A stretch of 53,485 nucleotides of DNA. Source: Blastocystis sp. subtype 4. Taxonomy: Eukaryota. This document shows, piece by piece, positions 15,206-28,172 of this stretch. The first letter of the stretch is position 1; each line of letters begins with the position of its first letter. Location of the stretch: NCBI RefSeq assembly GCF_000743755.1, contig NW_014569512.1, forward strand, positions 1 through 53,485, given 5' to 3'. The position numbers and the translations under genes are program-made. The notes under the pieces are model-generated. The model did not search any database. It was not told where the DNA came from and saw only the letters and a program-made list of their open reading frames with translations.

Positions 15206-15342
15206 GAATCACTTGATCTCGAACTCAATTACCTGTCTACTTTTGTTTGCTTTCGAGTCCTAGTGCTTGTTTGTTGAAACTCAGGATAAAATGATACTAC
15301 TCATAATTGATTGTGTCCCAATCCTCTGTTAGTTCCTATGCC

Positions 15343-16544
15343 ATGGAATTCATCAAGCGTGTTTTGGGATATCACAAAACTCCACCTGTCCTTGTTGATG
15401 CTTGCTTGTTTGAACTAAACTGCATTATCCATCAAATTGTTCCAAAATATGGACGTCGTGTATGAGTGCAATGGATTTCACTTATTATTGTAGTTGAATA
15501 AACGGTTCTGGCAGATGAAGAACTTTCTCTTTGGAAAAGTAGAGTCATGGATATAATGTCATCCAATGTAGGGAGGTCGAGAGCCAAACCTAGATGAGTG
15601 TGAAGAATTGGCAAAGGAAATCATCAACAAACATGTTGTAATCCAGATCCTATTAGCGTTTCCGAAGCTCAATTTCGAGGTATACATTTTGAGGAAGAAT
15701 AAGAAGCAGGAACGCAAATCGTTTACTCAAGTTTTCTGTACTCTATTATACCGTGATCATTATAAATTTGCTTCCGATTATATGGTTTCGATAGAAGGAA
15801 GTGACATCTTGCTTTGTATTATGAATGCGTATCTCCTATCTCTCCATTATATTCTAGATATGGCGACCAGAGTCTTACAGTGAATGCTGGATTGATGTTA
15901 CGCGAGTGCATTCGAATACGTTGTATTCATGACAAATTACTATCGGATCCACGACTTATTGAACCCCTCTTTACTAAATATGTTTACAATGAGAATTTCG
16001 ATGTTTCATCAGATGCTTTTCAGACTATTCGAGATTTGTTGCGGAAGAACAAACAGTTAGTCAGTTCGAAGCTACAGCCTGGAGGTGTGCTTTTTAATGA
16101 ACTATTTGGGTGGTATCGAGAACTAATGCAATCTTCCAACTATATTATCAATCGGGTAATGGTGAAGTTATTGAGTGAATTTCTGTTGGATAAGATCAAT
16201 TTTGATATTATGATCGCATTTATCGGGAATGCAGAGAACTTGAAGGTAATAATGGATCTGTTATGTTCGTCCTATGAAACGATTCAGTTTGATGCATTCA
16301 ACGTGTTCAAAGTGTGATTTTGATTTTGTCTTTATTGATAGATATTCGTTGCTAATCCAGACAAGACGACTCCAGTGGAAACAATTCTGCGGATGAATAA
16401 GAATGGACTGTTGGAGTTTTTCTCAACGTTTCTTCCTAACAAGGGTACTAATGTAGATGAGTTGTGATTCTAGATGATGAAACGTTTATAGATGAAAAGA
16501 AACTCATTGTATCATTATTAAGTCGATTAGAAGATTATCGATGA
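15343..16544 (+). CDS. MO25: MO25/CAB39 family scaffold protein
   Basis: KLNFE-ERKSFTQVF, NAGLMLRECIR, FDVSSDAFQTIRDLL, SSNYIINR..KLLSEFLLD, IQFDAFNVFK-IFVANPDK; TGA at 16542-16544. Confidence 0.9.
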
Positions 16545-16565
16545 ATTTGTTTGTGAGAAAACAGA

Positions 16566-17925
16566 CTAGTGTTTAAATGCATCCATTAAATCCAGTTTAC
16601 AGAATGGACATATCCATTTGGTTTTCAACCACGATTCAATACAATCTACATGAGAGGTATGGATTAATCAAACCTTTATGAAACATATCATGACAAGGAA
16701 ACACCATTACTTCTTCTCCTGGTTCATATTCACAAGTACAGATGCAACAAGTTCCGTTCGATTCTCGCTGTGGATCGATTTCTTCTTGTTTCCATTCTTT
16801 CACTGTAAGGCGCTATGAATCACTTTCAACACACTATCATACATTCACCACCTCATCATGTACTTCATGCCACCGATCATCTAATACTCCTTTCTGGTTC
16901 TGTTCCAGACGCAACAACGCACTGTAACTCATATTATCCAAATTCATCTCAACATCTACAGCATTTATTGGATGTTCTTCTGTATGTTGTGAAGAAGTTT
17001 CATCATTTATATCGGAGAAACTGATAGATTTAAAATTGATGGCCGGATTGATATCACGAAGCAAAGAACTATCGCCTCCATCGCTTACGATACTACTACA
17101 ATTCCGAAAACTCAGCTCACCAACAGGATGCCGTAGTCCGCTACAGTTTAATGTAGACACATTGAGTGAAAGACTGACTTCACTATTCTCTTCTAAAACA
17201 CTGGTGGCTTGCCGTTTGACTAAGAAGGAGGAAGGCTCCACAGAGTCCCGTTTCTTTGAAACTTTCTCTTTTGGACTCGGTGAGTCAAACAGCAAAAGAC
17301 TGTCTTCAACTACCCGAATTGGGTTCATCGGACGATTTGTCTTAGGATTCGTATCTACTCTCGACTCTGATATGAGCGAGTCCCGAATTACTCGGGATCG
17401 AATCGGCGTACAATAAGGATCTGTCTGTAACTGTTCCACTCGATGACCTGATCGCTCCTGATAGATTTCTCCCTGACGGTAAATCCACGAATATAGACAA
17501 TACAACTATCTTATCACTTTGTTTTTGTAGTAGCAACTCCTTAAACACTTTCAAGTCGGTAATCTCCCTTTGCAATGCAACAAGCTGTCTTTTATAATCC
17601 AATTCTGAAGATGCTATATTCATGACTCCACTTCATCTTATACTCAATCTTCGATTTTCCTCTTTTAATCGATTCACCATTTCTCGTAACTGCTTGATCT
17701 AACTATGATTCTATCTTTTGATTAACACTTCTTCATTCAAGCTAGGATTACTCTGAATTTGAAGCGACTCTTTAAGAGTCTCTGTAGACTCAACTGGAAC
17801 ACGTTGTTTTCTGGAAGATTTGATTGGTGCTTGCAGAAGCGTTTGGGAACCTTAAAAATCACTTTTCACAAAATCCCATTACTTCGTTGTCGAAAACAAG
17901 GTGTTCGACATGGAGTCGAATACAT
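16566..17925 (-). CDS. RING-H2-type E3 ligase with N-terminal coiled coil
   Basis: LDNMSYSALLRLE followed by CCICTCEYEPGEEVMVFPCHDMFHKDCIESWLKTKWICPFCK after splicing. Confidence 0.85.
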
Positions 17926-17952
17926 GTCAAAAACGAAATGCCAACAAACAGC

Positions 17953-19994
17953 TTATATCTTCTTATTTAACTCTTCTTTTTGAATTTCCTCCATACTTTT
18001 CACATCTACAGCCACTTGTTTCTTCCAACACTTCCGTTTAGGTTTCACAGGCGTCGCCGTCTTTTCTTGTTTTGGTTTCTCAGCGTCCATCGCCTGAAGT
18101 GGAGCTAGTCATGAATTCCTTTCAGTATCCCTACCCGTCATTAGCCGATCAGTTTCCATCTTTTCCTCAATTAACGGTTTCAGAATGTCCATTTCTTCTT
18201 TTGGTAATGTCGACGGTACTTCCATGATCGTCAAAAATGAGTAGATATGGGCAATGGAGTCTCTACATGTGAATTTGGTTAATCACATCAACTTCATCAG
18301 ATTGAAATCTGCTTTGCGAATCACTTCAACTACCTGATGTTCCAGTGCAGTCACTTCCTCCAGCATATGATTTACCTTCTCTGTATACACTCTCACAATA
18401 TTCTCATTCTCTGCTCGTTCATTCTCCATATCACGCAGATTATGAGCCAAACACAAAGCCTGCATAATCTTGATCTCATCATTGATCTTCGATAAACGAT
18501 CCATAGCTATCTGAATATGTTCTCTCTTCTTCAACATGAATACTGTTAACATCTCCATCAATTCCTCACACTCAGTCAAATACAACTTCACGTTATAGCC
18601 GATATAATCTGAACAGCCTGATGTTATCAGATCAAAATATCGTTCGCGACTTAGTGCATCTGTCCATGGATGTAATACAGTCTCAATCTCTTTCTTAAAC
18701 TTTGTGTGTTCTTCTTCCAAGATCTGTATTTCTTTCGACCTCCGCTGATACTCTTCCCATTCCTTCAACTCCTTCTCAGCCAACTCTTTCTCTGTAGATT
18801 CTTCCTTCAGCGTTTGATCCACTGCAGATAGTTCTGAGTCAATGGCACTCAGCTCAGCAAGTAGCGCCTCACGCCGATTCTGTAGGGAGGATTTTGTACC
18901 CTGCAGTTCTTGAATGGAACAGTGTGCACGATTGAGATCCTGCCGAATAGACTCTGGATCTCTTGAGGGCTTTGGACACTTTACACAGAGAGGCGCAAAC
19001 AATAAATCAGCAATCTCTTCGGTGCATGCGTCGTAGTCCTCCTTTGATTCTTCACACGCCCCATCTAAGATCTATGGTGAATTCTTAGGACAATAGCTAC
19101 ACAAAAGATCTCATAAGCAAGTTGAACACGTTGTTTAGAGATAGTACATCGCTGGACCAGTGTCTCACAAGAAGAACCTCCTTTGACGCCGAGTTGTTGA
19201 GTTAATTGATTGATCATGGTTCGACGCTTCTGTTCCTCTTCGGAATGACGGCAGGATACCACACATTCACCCAGATCTGTCATACACGCTAGCACGTTCG
19301 CATCGGAAGGGAATTTCATTTGGGAGAGAGTGGAAATGGTAGATACCATGGCCTTACTATTCTCCTCACTAAATCCTGTGACTTCAATTAGTAAACGACA
19401 TAGAGCATATTCTGCTGGTGGCGTAAGAGGACTTGAAATGGCATTTGTGAACAGTAAACCAAAAATGTCTTTATTGAACACTAGCAGTCTCTATCCATGA
19501 TACCAAATCACAGAATAGTACCTCATTCTCTGGACTAATCTCAAACCACTTTCGTAAACCATTACAAACATCAACTATACTAGGAATCACCACGACGGCC
19601 TTTAGTCGTTTCACTATATTCTCTCGTTCTAACTCCTGCTTTTCATAGGGAGTCTTCTTCACTTCGACCGGCACTGACGAATCGAGCTCCTTTTTCATTT
19701 CACTGACTACAAAGCTCGCAGCAGCATCCACTGAATCCACAGTGAGTCCCTTTTCTAATAGACGGATCAACATCACTTTCACATCCTGTCTTTCGTATCC
19801 CATAGATACAACAGACTCTACAACTTTCTCAAACGTGTCTAATTGTGAATCAATGATGTTAGGACAAACTTCGATCCACAGTTGGGCGCTTGTCGATGAC
19901 AACATCTGCTAAAAGATGGGTTAGTCAAGATCCAAATTCAAATGACATCATACCCAACACCTTCATAACTCCTACTTTTCTCTGTTTCAGTCAT
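17953..19994 (-). CDS. Hypothetical protein with N-terminal UBA-like domain and long coiled coil
   Basis: FEKVVESVVSMGYERQDV (UBA-type MGY motif); heptad-rich ORF 18283-19002; TAA followed by gc-TGTTTGTT. Confidence 0.6.
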
Positions 19995-20117
19995 ATTAGA
20001 ATTGTTAGCTCAAAATCACAATACAAATAAAAGTATCCTATCTCTGTGTGAATACAAAGGAATAGGGAATTGCATATTTAGCTTCGTTTTCGGGAAATTA
20101 TAGTCTTTGCGTCAATC

Positions 20118-21328
20118 ATGTTTTCACTTGCAGTGGCTAAAACAACGTAGGATGCAGAAGTTATTGGTTACATTTTCAGGTTGCTTCGAAGTGCATCAGC
20201 GATTCGATGGGCTCCTTTTGTTCGTAATCTCTTTATTAGTGTGAAGGAGACTCCAAATCCCGACGTTCAGAAGTTTCTCCCTACTCCTCCTATCACTGTT
20301 CTTCCTGCAGAATTTGGTCATACCATGGTGCGGAACTCCAGTCGGATGTGACATTTAGGAGTTCAATAATGAAAAAGAAGCGCGACAATCTCCTTTAGCG
20401 AGCAAGCTGTTCGAAATTCCGGAAGTGAGTTCCGTTCTTTTCGGAGATCAGTATATTTGTGTAACACGCAAAGTGAGGGCATCCTTGAAGCTTCATTTCT
20501 AGGATGGTGTAGATTGGGAATATATCAATCCCGCAGTCTTTCATGTCGTTTTAGATATATCCTCCAAGGCAGATTCATTAGTTTCGTTCATGACACTTCT
20601 TTTCTACGAAGGAACCCCAACCTATTGTTCTCCGTCCTGAGGACATTCCAGAGGATCCAAACGATGTTAAGGAGACAGACAGTGAAGTTGTCAAATTGAT
20701 TAAAGAGCTTCTTGGTACTCGTATTCGTCCTCGTATAAAAGCGGATGGAGGTGACATCTTTTTCCAGGGTTTTGATGATGCTTCGGGTGTTGTGAAAGTG
20801 AAGGTGAGTTTATGGAAGGAATGTGATGGGTAGTTGACTGGAGCTTGTAAGGGATGTGCAAGCAGTAGTGTGACATTAAAACAGGGTGTAGAACAGATGA
20901 TGAAGCACTACATTCCAGAAGTCAAAAGTGTGGAGAGTGTAGAAGATCCCGATACTCCCGAAGTGAAAGCAGCCAAGGAGAAGGCAGAGAAGGAGCTTCG
21001 AAAGGATTTCGAAGACGAATTGGCGGCAGCGATCGCTGATGAAATGAAGAAGATGAAAAAACGTAGGTATGGTTGTTCTGATTCTCGATGATGATTTCTT
21101 TGGTGATTGATGGCTCCGGCATTCTACTGCGAGAGAACGACTAAGAATTGTTTTGTCTGCTGGAATGCGATAGAATTGCATTAATAGGCGTGATTATCCC
21201 AAAGTATGGGATATTCGAGATTTCGTAATGCGACATTGTATAAATCTGGGAGCAAGTATGATATCACAAAGGCGAATCTGAGAGATAATGAGTTTTGTGT
21301 ATTCTTCTTATCCATGTTAGGAAGTTAA
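20118..21328 (+). CDS. NFU1: NFU1 iron-sulfur cluster scaffold/carrier with probable MRO targeting peptide
   Basis: [75 protein letters not shown]. Contains an AT-AC intron (20557-20596) and a probable 258-nt last intron (21063-21320) giving ...KKRS-TAA. The unspliced alternative stops at 21091. Confidence 0.9.
20557..20596 (+). other. U12-type AT-AC intron (40 nt)
   Basis: ATATCCTC...TTCATGAC-AC; removing it restores VVLD|FFSTKEP in frame. Confidence 0.85.
21083..21285 (+). ncRNA. Composite box C/D + H/ACA scaRNA-like guide RNA (U85-type architecture), intronic
   Basis: Terminal stem TCTC/GAGA; box C ATGATGA 21088-21094; D' TTGA 21107-21110; two hairpins separated by box H ATAGAA 21170-21175; ACA 21233-21235; box D CTGA 21278-21281; antisense elements to U5 snRNA loop 1. 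Confidence 0.8.
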
Positions 21329-21498
21329 GTATTTTATAATTCAACATTTGTTAAACTCATTCTTGTTTCGTTGGAAGAAGCTATTCTTTAAAGTTTAACT
21401 TTACCTTTTCTAATCTGCTAATTAGTGTTCCTAAACCACGGGTATGAAGAATTGCCTGCTTACTCTTTCATTATTTCTTTGATCTTTGATCTATTGTG

Positions 21499-24400
21499 AT
21501 GCCCGAACTTTCTGAGTACTATAATAACAAGGAGGAGTATATTTTGTCCGAAGTACGGTTTCTAGTACTCATTAAGAATAGGATAAAGAAGCTTTTATCA
21601 AGAAGAGATTCACACAAAGTGAAGAATTATGTTACAAGGTGCATGTACTCCACCTATGTGATATGTAGATTCTGTATCTCCAAGTTTACAATCCGAACGC
21701 ATTTGATGAACAGAAAGATTGCTTTGAGAAACTTCGAGATCTCTCTGTGTATGGGAAAACTAAGGAATTGCGAGATATGTTGTACTTCCGCTATTTACTA
21801 CTGAAACAAGGAGAATGTCCAGAGTTGAATCCGGAGTTGAAGTCGTATATTGCAGATCACTATGATGTGGCTATGAACTTTGGAAAGGCTCCTTTGAGAC
21901 CATCTGAAGATGTTTCCACCTCTCCAAGCAAATGTAGTATTGATTATAATGCTTTTCAATCGTTTCTAAAGGATATGGACTTGGAGTACTGTACCGATGT
22001 GTATGTGGAACGACTTCTTAAGGTTAACGAAGACAAGAAGATTGCACATCAACTCTTGAAACGTATTTCGCGTCCTGGAATAGATGGCATTTTGAAGAAT
22101 ATCATGTTGTATCTATCTACACTGGAACATGAGAATCTCTCTAGTCAATCGTTGTGGTTAGGTCTGTTGACATTCGAAGATATGGAACAATTGCAAGTGG
22201 ATGTTAAGAAGACGTATGACTTCGATATGTTCACTATCAGTGATTTCCGAGAGCAATATATCAAGCGTTTTGGAGATGTTCATATTGCTAGTGATGCGGA
22301 TCCTTCTTCTATTCTTCTCTGTGAGAAGATTCGAAACCGTCGCATTGAATTTTTAAAGAAGAATAATTTAGGAGGCTTGCAAGATGAATACTCGGCTCTT
22401 CTTTCGCTTCAGAAACGACGTGGAGTGTATAATACGGATCTGTTTTTGGCTTATCTTCAATCATCTGTAAAGGATTCATCTCTAGTTCGAGAGGTACGTG
22501 GATACATGTCATATAATAATACTCTAACCAGTTTCCATCAAGACTTCCTTCATCATATCTTTCCTCAAGAGAAACCAGATCAATTCTTGCGCTATTTGAA
22601 TGTCCATGCAGTGTTGTCAATCTATGAAGAGGAGTGTCTTCTTAGTGGACAGGAAATCAAGATCTCTGAATTGAGTGCGGAGGATGTTCAACGATTGAAT
22701 GAGATGAAACGTTGTCGTGTGTTAGATGATAATCAACTGTATTATAATACAGGCGATCCTGTATCTGTTCGTGTTGCATTGAAGAATGTATCTTCTCTTC
22801 AAGTCCAGGTCTTTGAATTGAATACAATGAGTATTTATAAGAAGCAGGATTCCATTTCTTCTCATATTGATTTGGATGGTCTACAGCCATTGATGTCTAT
22901 GTCGTATTCCTATTCATTACCATCGATGGTTTCACATATTGAAACATTTACTTTCCCTTCTCTGGATCATCGTGGTGTGTATGTGCTAGATTTCATTGCT
23001 GGATCTATCAACAGTCGTTTCCTCATTCGAATGGGTTCATTGAAGGCTCTGGTACGTACATCGATCATGGGCTATGCTCTTACGATTGTGGATGAGTTCG
23101 GAAATCGTGTGGAGGAGAATGTAAAGGTCATGGAGGGAGTTCGAAGCTTCACATTGGATTCGAATAAGGAGATTATCATCCCATTCTTGCCCCCAACAGA
23201 CTCATCGCGCACTGTGACTCTTCTCTTGTGCCAGGAAGTCCAACCGAACTGGTATTTCGTGGATCGTCACACAATGAAGTTGGAGGAAGAGAGGCCTCGT
23301 CTGACTCTGTGTGGTGATGTGGACAATGAGGATATTGTCAAGGGAAACGAGAAGTGTCGTCTGGTACTTCGTCCTGTGGCAACTCTGAACTCCGAAATCT
23401 ATCCACTGTCGTTACTTCGAAATGTAACAATCACCATACGTTGTGAAGCTTCTCAGGATGTGCACACTGAAACAACTCTTCATCCCACTCTGAAGGATAA
23501 CCAGGACTTTGCTTATTCCTTCCGTGTTCTTGATCATGTAGTATCATTAGCTGCAACTATAACAGCAGATATTGCTCTGTCAAATGGTTCCTTGCGCCAT
23601 CTTACTGCTGATTGCAATCTTTATAATGATCCTGTGCCTTCCTCTGATGTTATTACTTCTGTGAAGAAGAATGTTACTCTCTTCCGTCGTCGAAATCCTC
23701 AAAACAATGAGCTTGAGTATGTGGCTGCATTGTATGGACCTGCAGGTGAGCCATGCTGTGGTGTTTCGGTCAAAGTGGAGTTGAAGAGTATTCTGACAAC
23801 ACGCTCATATAACGTTCAGCTGGAGACCAATGAAAATGGTCATATTTTGCTTGGAAAGTTGGAGGATGTGAATATGGTGACTGTAAATGATGTTTCATTC
23901 CCTCTCTTGCAAGATCGCTTTGATATTCCTTCGAATGTGGAGTGTTCAGATTCTGATCCTGTTCAAGTGATGATTCCTGCTGTAACCAAGGATCTCCAAT
24001 CATATTCTCTGATTTGTATGAGTCAGATAGATATGAATGATCACTATGGCTCAATGGCGATTAAAGACGGATATTTGATGATAAGCGGATTGCCTGCTGG
24101 TTCGTATACTCTATATATGACTGGAGAGAACTCTCAGCGATACTCAATGTCGATTGAAGTTCGTCGTACTGTTCGTTTAATGAAGGTTTATGACCTATAT
24201 GCGGTATATGACACATGGGCAAGATCGTTGATGCCACAGCCTCTTTCCTTGGCATGTAATCTTTCTGATTCTAAGCTGCATATTCAGCTTCAGGGAGGAA
24301 GTTGCAACCGTCGTGTTCATGTCCAGTGTAAGCTGCTCTACGATAGCATGACCTTGGGAAAGCATTTAGAAGAAGGAAGTTCGACAAGTCAATCGTATTT

Positions 24401-27400
24401 CACTTCTCTGGATCCTATTTCGTCGGTAATTGTAAACGATCGATCGCTTCCTGAGGAATATGCCTACATCCTTGATCGCAAGCGTCAAAAGCGGGATCTT
24501 CCTGGAAACATGCTGCCACATCCTGGTCCTTTGCTGCATCCTGTGGAGTTTGCAGACACTAAGAACACAAGCCAGAAGGCAGAGAAAGGAAATGATTTTG
24601 CTGAAGAGAAGGTGGGATCTGGTTATGGAGCCCGTAATGCCAAACTCTGTGGAAGTAGAAGATTTGATCCGAAACCTCAGGCCTACCAGCGTTCAGCTTG
24701 TGAAGTCATTAATCGTCCCTCAAGCTTGATGTTGAACGTGGCGTTGGATGAGAATGGAGAATGTGACGTCAATCTGGAGGAACTGGGTACATACGGAGCT
24801 GAAGTGACTGTGGTGGCTGTAGATGAGGCCAAAACTGTGGAACGTCATTTGTACCTGGAAGAAACATGTCAAGAGAGGAAGATTCAAGACCTGCTTAGTG
24901 AACATCGTCTAAAAGAGAGTTTGGACTGTTCAAAGCATTTTACTGAGAGAAAGATCATCTCTTTAGTGACAGAAGACTCACCTCTATCACTGGATGGTAA
25001 GAGTGATATGGAAACAATTGGATCTCTTTCAGATTTGTTCTTATTGCTAAAGACATTGTCACATAATACTGAACTGGATTCATTCTCGTTCTTGTTATCA
25101 TGGAACGAATTGAGTGAAGCAGAGAAGGAAATGAACTACAACCGCAATATCTGTTCGGAACTCAATGTCTTCTTATACTTCCGAGATCGTTCTTTCTTTG
25201 ATACCAAGATTCTCCCTTATTTGAAGTGTAAAATGGAGAAGTCGTTCCTAGATCTCTATCTAATAGGAGAGGATGTGTCATCATTCCTGCAACCTCCTAA
25301 GCTTCTTCTTCTCAATGCTTTTGAGAAGGCTTTGTTATGTAGTAGGATTCCTGCGGAGGCAGCGAAAGGATTGGCTGAGAGTATGGGAGTGTGTGGAGAT
25401 GGAGAGCGGATGAGTACCAAGCAGTTCATGAAGATCTTCAATACAGTGTTGAAAATGAAGTCTATGGAGAGTCTTCCTGTCGAGAATGAAGAAGCTGATT
25501 TTGAAACTCCTGAAGAAGAAGAATGTGTTGAAGAAGGAGTTGAAGAGGACTCATTATGTTGTGACTCATCAAATTTTGAGAACAGAATGTTGTGTGGAGG
25601 TCCTGTTGTATATGCATGTGCCACTGCACCCATGGCACCTTCAGCTCAAGGTATGTCTGCTCCACTTCCAGCTCCCTATATGCCAGCTTCACCTGCTTAT
25701 ATGTCTACTGGAAGTTGTAGAATGGATAGAGGTGGACCAGTTCTACCTGAGACATGCTTGTCTTCCAGATCCATGCCCTTTAGGAATCGAATGGCAAGAG
25801 ATATGGCTTCGTTAAAGGAGCATAAGCAGAAGAGAGAAAAGCATTATGAATTGATGGAGAATACAAAGGAATATGTGGAGGGTTTCTATTTTAAAGAAGT
25901 CACCATGTATGTCGATCCTTCACGTGTTCCAAACTCTCCATTCTGGGAGGAGTTTGCATGTTATATGAGTAAGAAGGAATCAACACCATTCTTATCCAAG
26001 GAGTTCATTTATTGTACTCATTCGTTGTCAGAAATCCTCTTTTGTATGGCTGTTCTTGGTTTAGATATTCACAATGAGGTGAAAATTGAAGGAATGAATG
26101 AGATTGTGTTGCATTCAACCTCACCTGTCTTTGTATTCCACAAGATGTTGGCAGAAGCTGATATCATTCCCCATTCACAATCTCTCATTGTTCTTCAAAA
26201 GTACATTGATAACAACAATAACTATGTCAAGATTCAGGGAGAGAAAATGGAGCGATATATGACAGCAAATGAATTCCTTCCTTTCCATCCTTACACTTGT
26301 AAGATTTTCATCACAAATCTGGATTCTCTCCCTCAGAAGGTCTCGGTATTGTATCAGATTCCTGAAGGAAGTTGTCCTCTGTCTGAGAATTGGTACATGC
26401 ATACAGAATCACTTCAAGTACCTCCATACTCCACATCAACATTCTCCTATTGTTTCTATTTCCCTTCTCTGGGTGAATACAAGCATTATCCTGCTCATGT
26501 GATTGATGAAGTCTCTTCAGATGTAATTGGTTTTGCTCAGTCTTCCTTTGATACATTAACGGTTGTTCCTATGTTGAAGACAGTGGATAAGTTGTCATGG
26601 CGTGACATTGCTTATTATGCGAGTGAAGAGGATTTGTTTGTCTATCTGCGAACGCATTCACTAAAGGACATTGATTGGTCTTTGATGTATTGGCGTCTGA
26701 AGGATAAGTCATTCTATCTCTCCTTCATCAGTTTCCTACGACAGCTTGGCTTCTACACGGAGACATTGTGGAGCTATGGAGTTATACATGGAGATGCCAA
26801 AATAACAGGCGAGTATTTGAGTCGAAAAGTAAAGGATAAGTTGGGGCTGGTGTTTTCGTGTCCTATGCTGACAGTCGAGCCAGCTGTTGAGAATCTGTTC
26901 CAAATTCGTGAATACAAGCCATTCATAAACAGTCGTGCTTTCCGTTTGGGTAAGAGCATCGAGATAACGAATGACAAACTGAAGGAACAGTATACTAAGT
27001 TCTTAACATATCTAACACAGAAGAAGCCAACAACGGATGACTATCTAGTAATGGTCTACTATTTCATTCTTCTTGATCGTGTTCATGATGCTTTGGTATT
27101 GTTTAAAACACGTGTATGTGAGGAGGTGAATGGACAACTTGTATGTCATTCAGACTGTCATAGTGAGATTCAGTTTGATTACATGCATGCCTACTTCGAA
27201 TGTTTTAACAGTGATTTGTCAGCTGCTCGAGCCATTTGTGAGAAGTATCATTCGTATCCTGTTCTTTATTGGCGTAACATGTTTGCTAATGTGGAGGAGC
27301 TGATTCATGATGCCGAAGGATCTCTGGATTCAATGATGTTGGAGGATGAGGAGGAGATGGATCGAACAAATCTTCCTGAGAATGTGATACGATCAAAACG

Positions 27401-28010
27401 TGTGAAAGTTTCAGAAGACAGTTCTGTGAGTGTCTCGGTGACAGACAATACCCTTTCGATTCGCTATACGAATGTAGAGAAGGTACAAGTGAATCTCTAT
27501 GAGATTAGTGCAGAGTTAAAATTCAGTAATTCTCCCTTCCTTCATGATAGCTCTTCTGATTCTCTCTTCATTCGTCCGAATTACACTGAGGATGTCCAAC
27601 TCCCTGCTGTGCCCAAAGACAGACTGTTCGGTACTTTCTCGTATTCTCTTCCGGAAACGTGGGCTCACAAGAATTTGCTCATAGAAGTGTGTACAGACGA
27701 ATTACGTGAGACCTGCTTCTCTTTCAACTCTACTCTGGTCGTTATTCTCTCCCAGAAGTCAGGACAGTTGCGTGTATTTGATCAGACAACGAAACGTCCT
27801 CTTGCAAACGCTTATGTGAAGGTATATGTGAAGATCAATGAGAAGGCGGAGTTCTTGAAGGATGGATTTACCGATATTCGCGGATACTTCGACTATTTCG
27901 CAGTCAGTAATGACTTGGGAACGAAGGCAAAGGCAGTAGCTATCTTTGTGGATAAGGAGGGATATGGTTCTTGTATTCGCGAGACTCTTCCTCCAAATGC
28001 TAGTTTTTGA
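21499..28010 (+). CDS. ~2,150 aa conserved protein resembling Dictyostelium AbpF and large bacterial hypothetical proteins (alpha-2-macroglobulin-like beta domains)
   Basis: Two short 5' introns, then an uninterrupted 6.3-kb frame. Motifs IDLDGL, RGVYVLDF, LPGNMLPHP and C-terminal RPLANAYVKVY...FLKDGFTDIRGYFDY. Family assignment is from recall. Confidence 0.7.
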
Positions 28011-28172
28011 GTAATTGACTTTTGTGATTGTTTGTTCTATAATGTTTCCTTTCAATGAACTGGTACCATAATAATCTCTCTTTTTGGAATTCCAAAATTG
28101 GCTATAATGGTTTGAAATGGTCATTCTTCGAGGATGGAGATTGAGACTGAATCACCATCAGTAAAAAGAAAT

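Noticed and set aside
21061..21290. U3 snoRNA
   Set aside because: No box A/A' 5' domain or B/C motif; the internal H/ACA module and U5 complementarity fit a scaRNA better.
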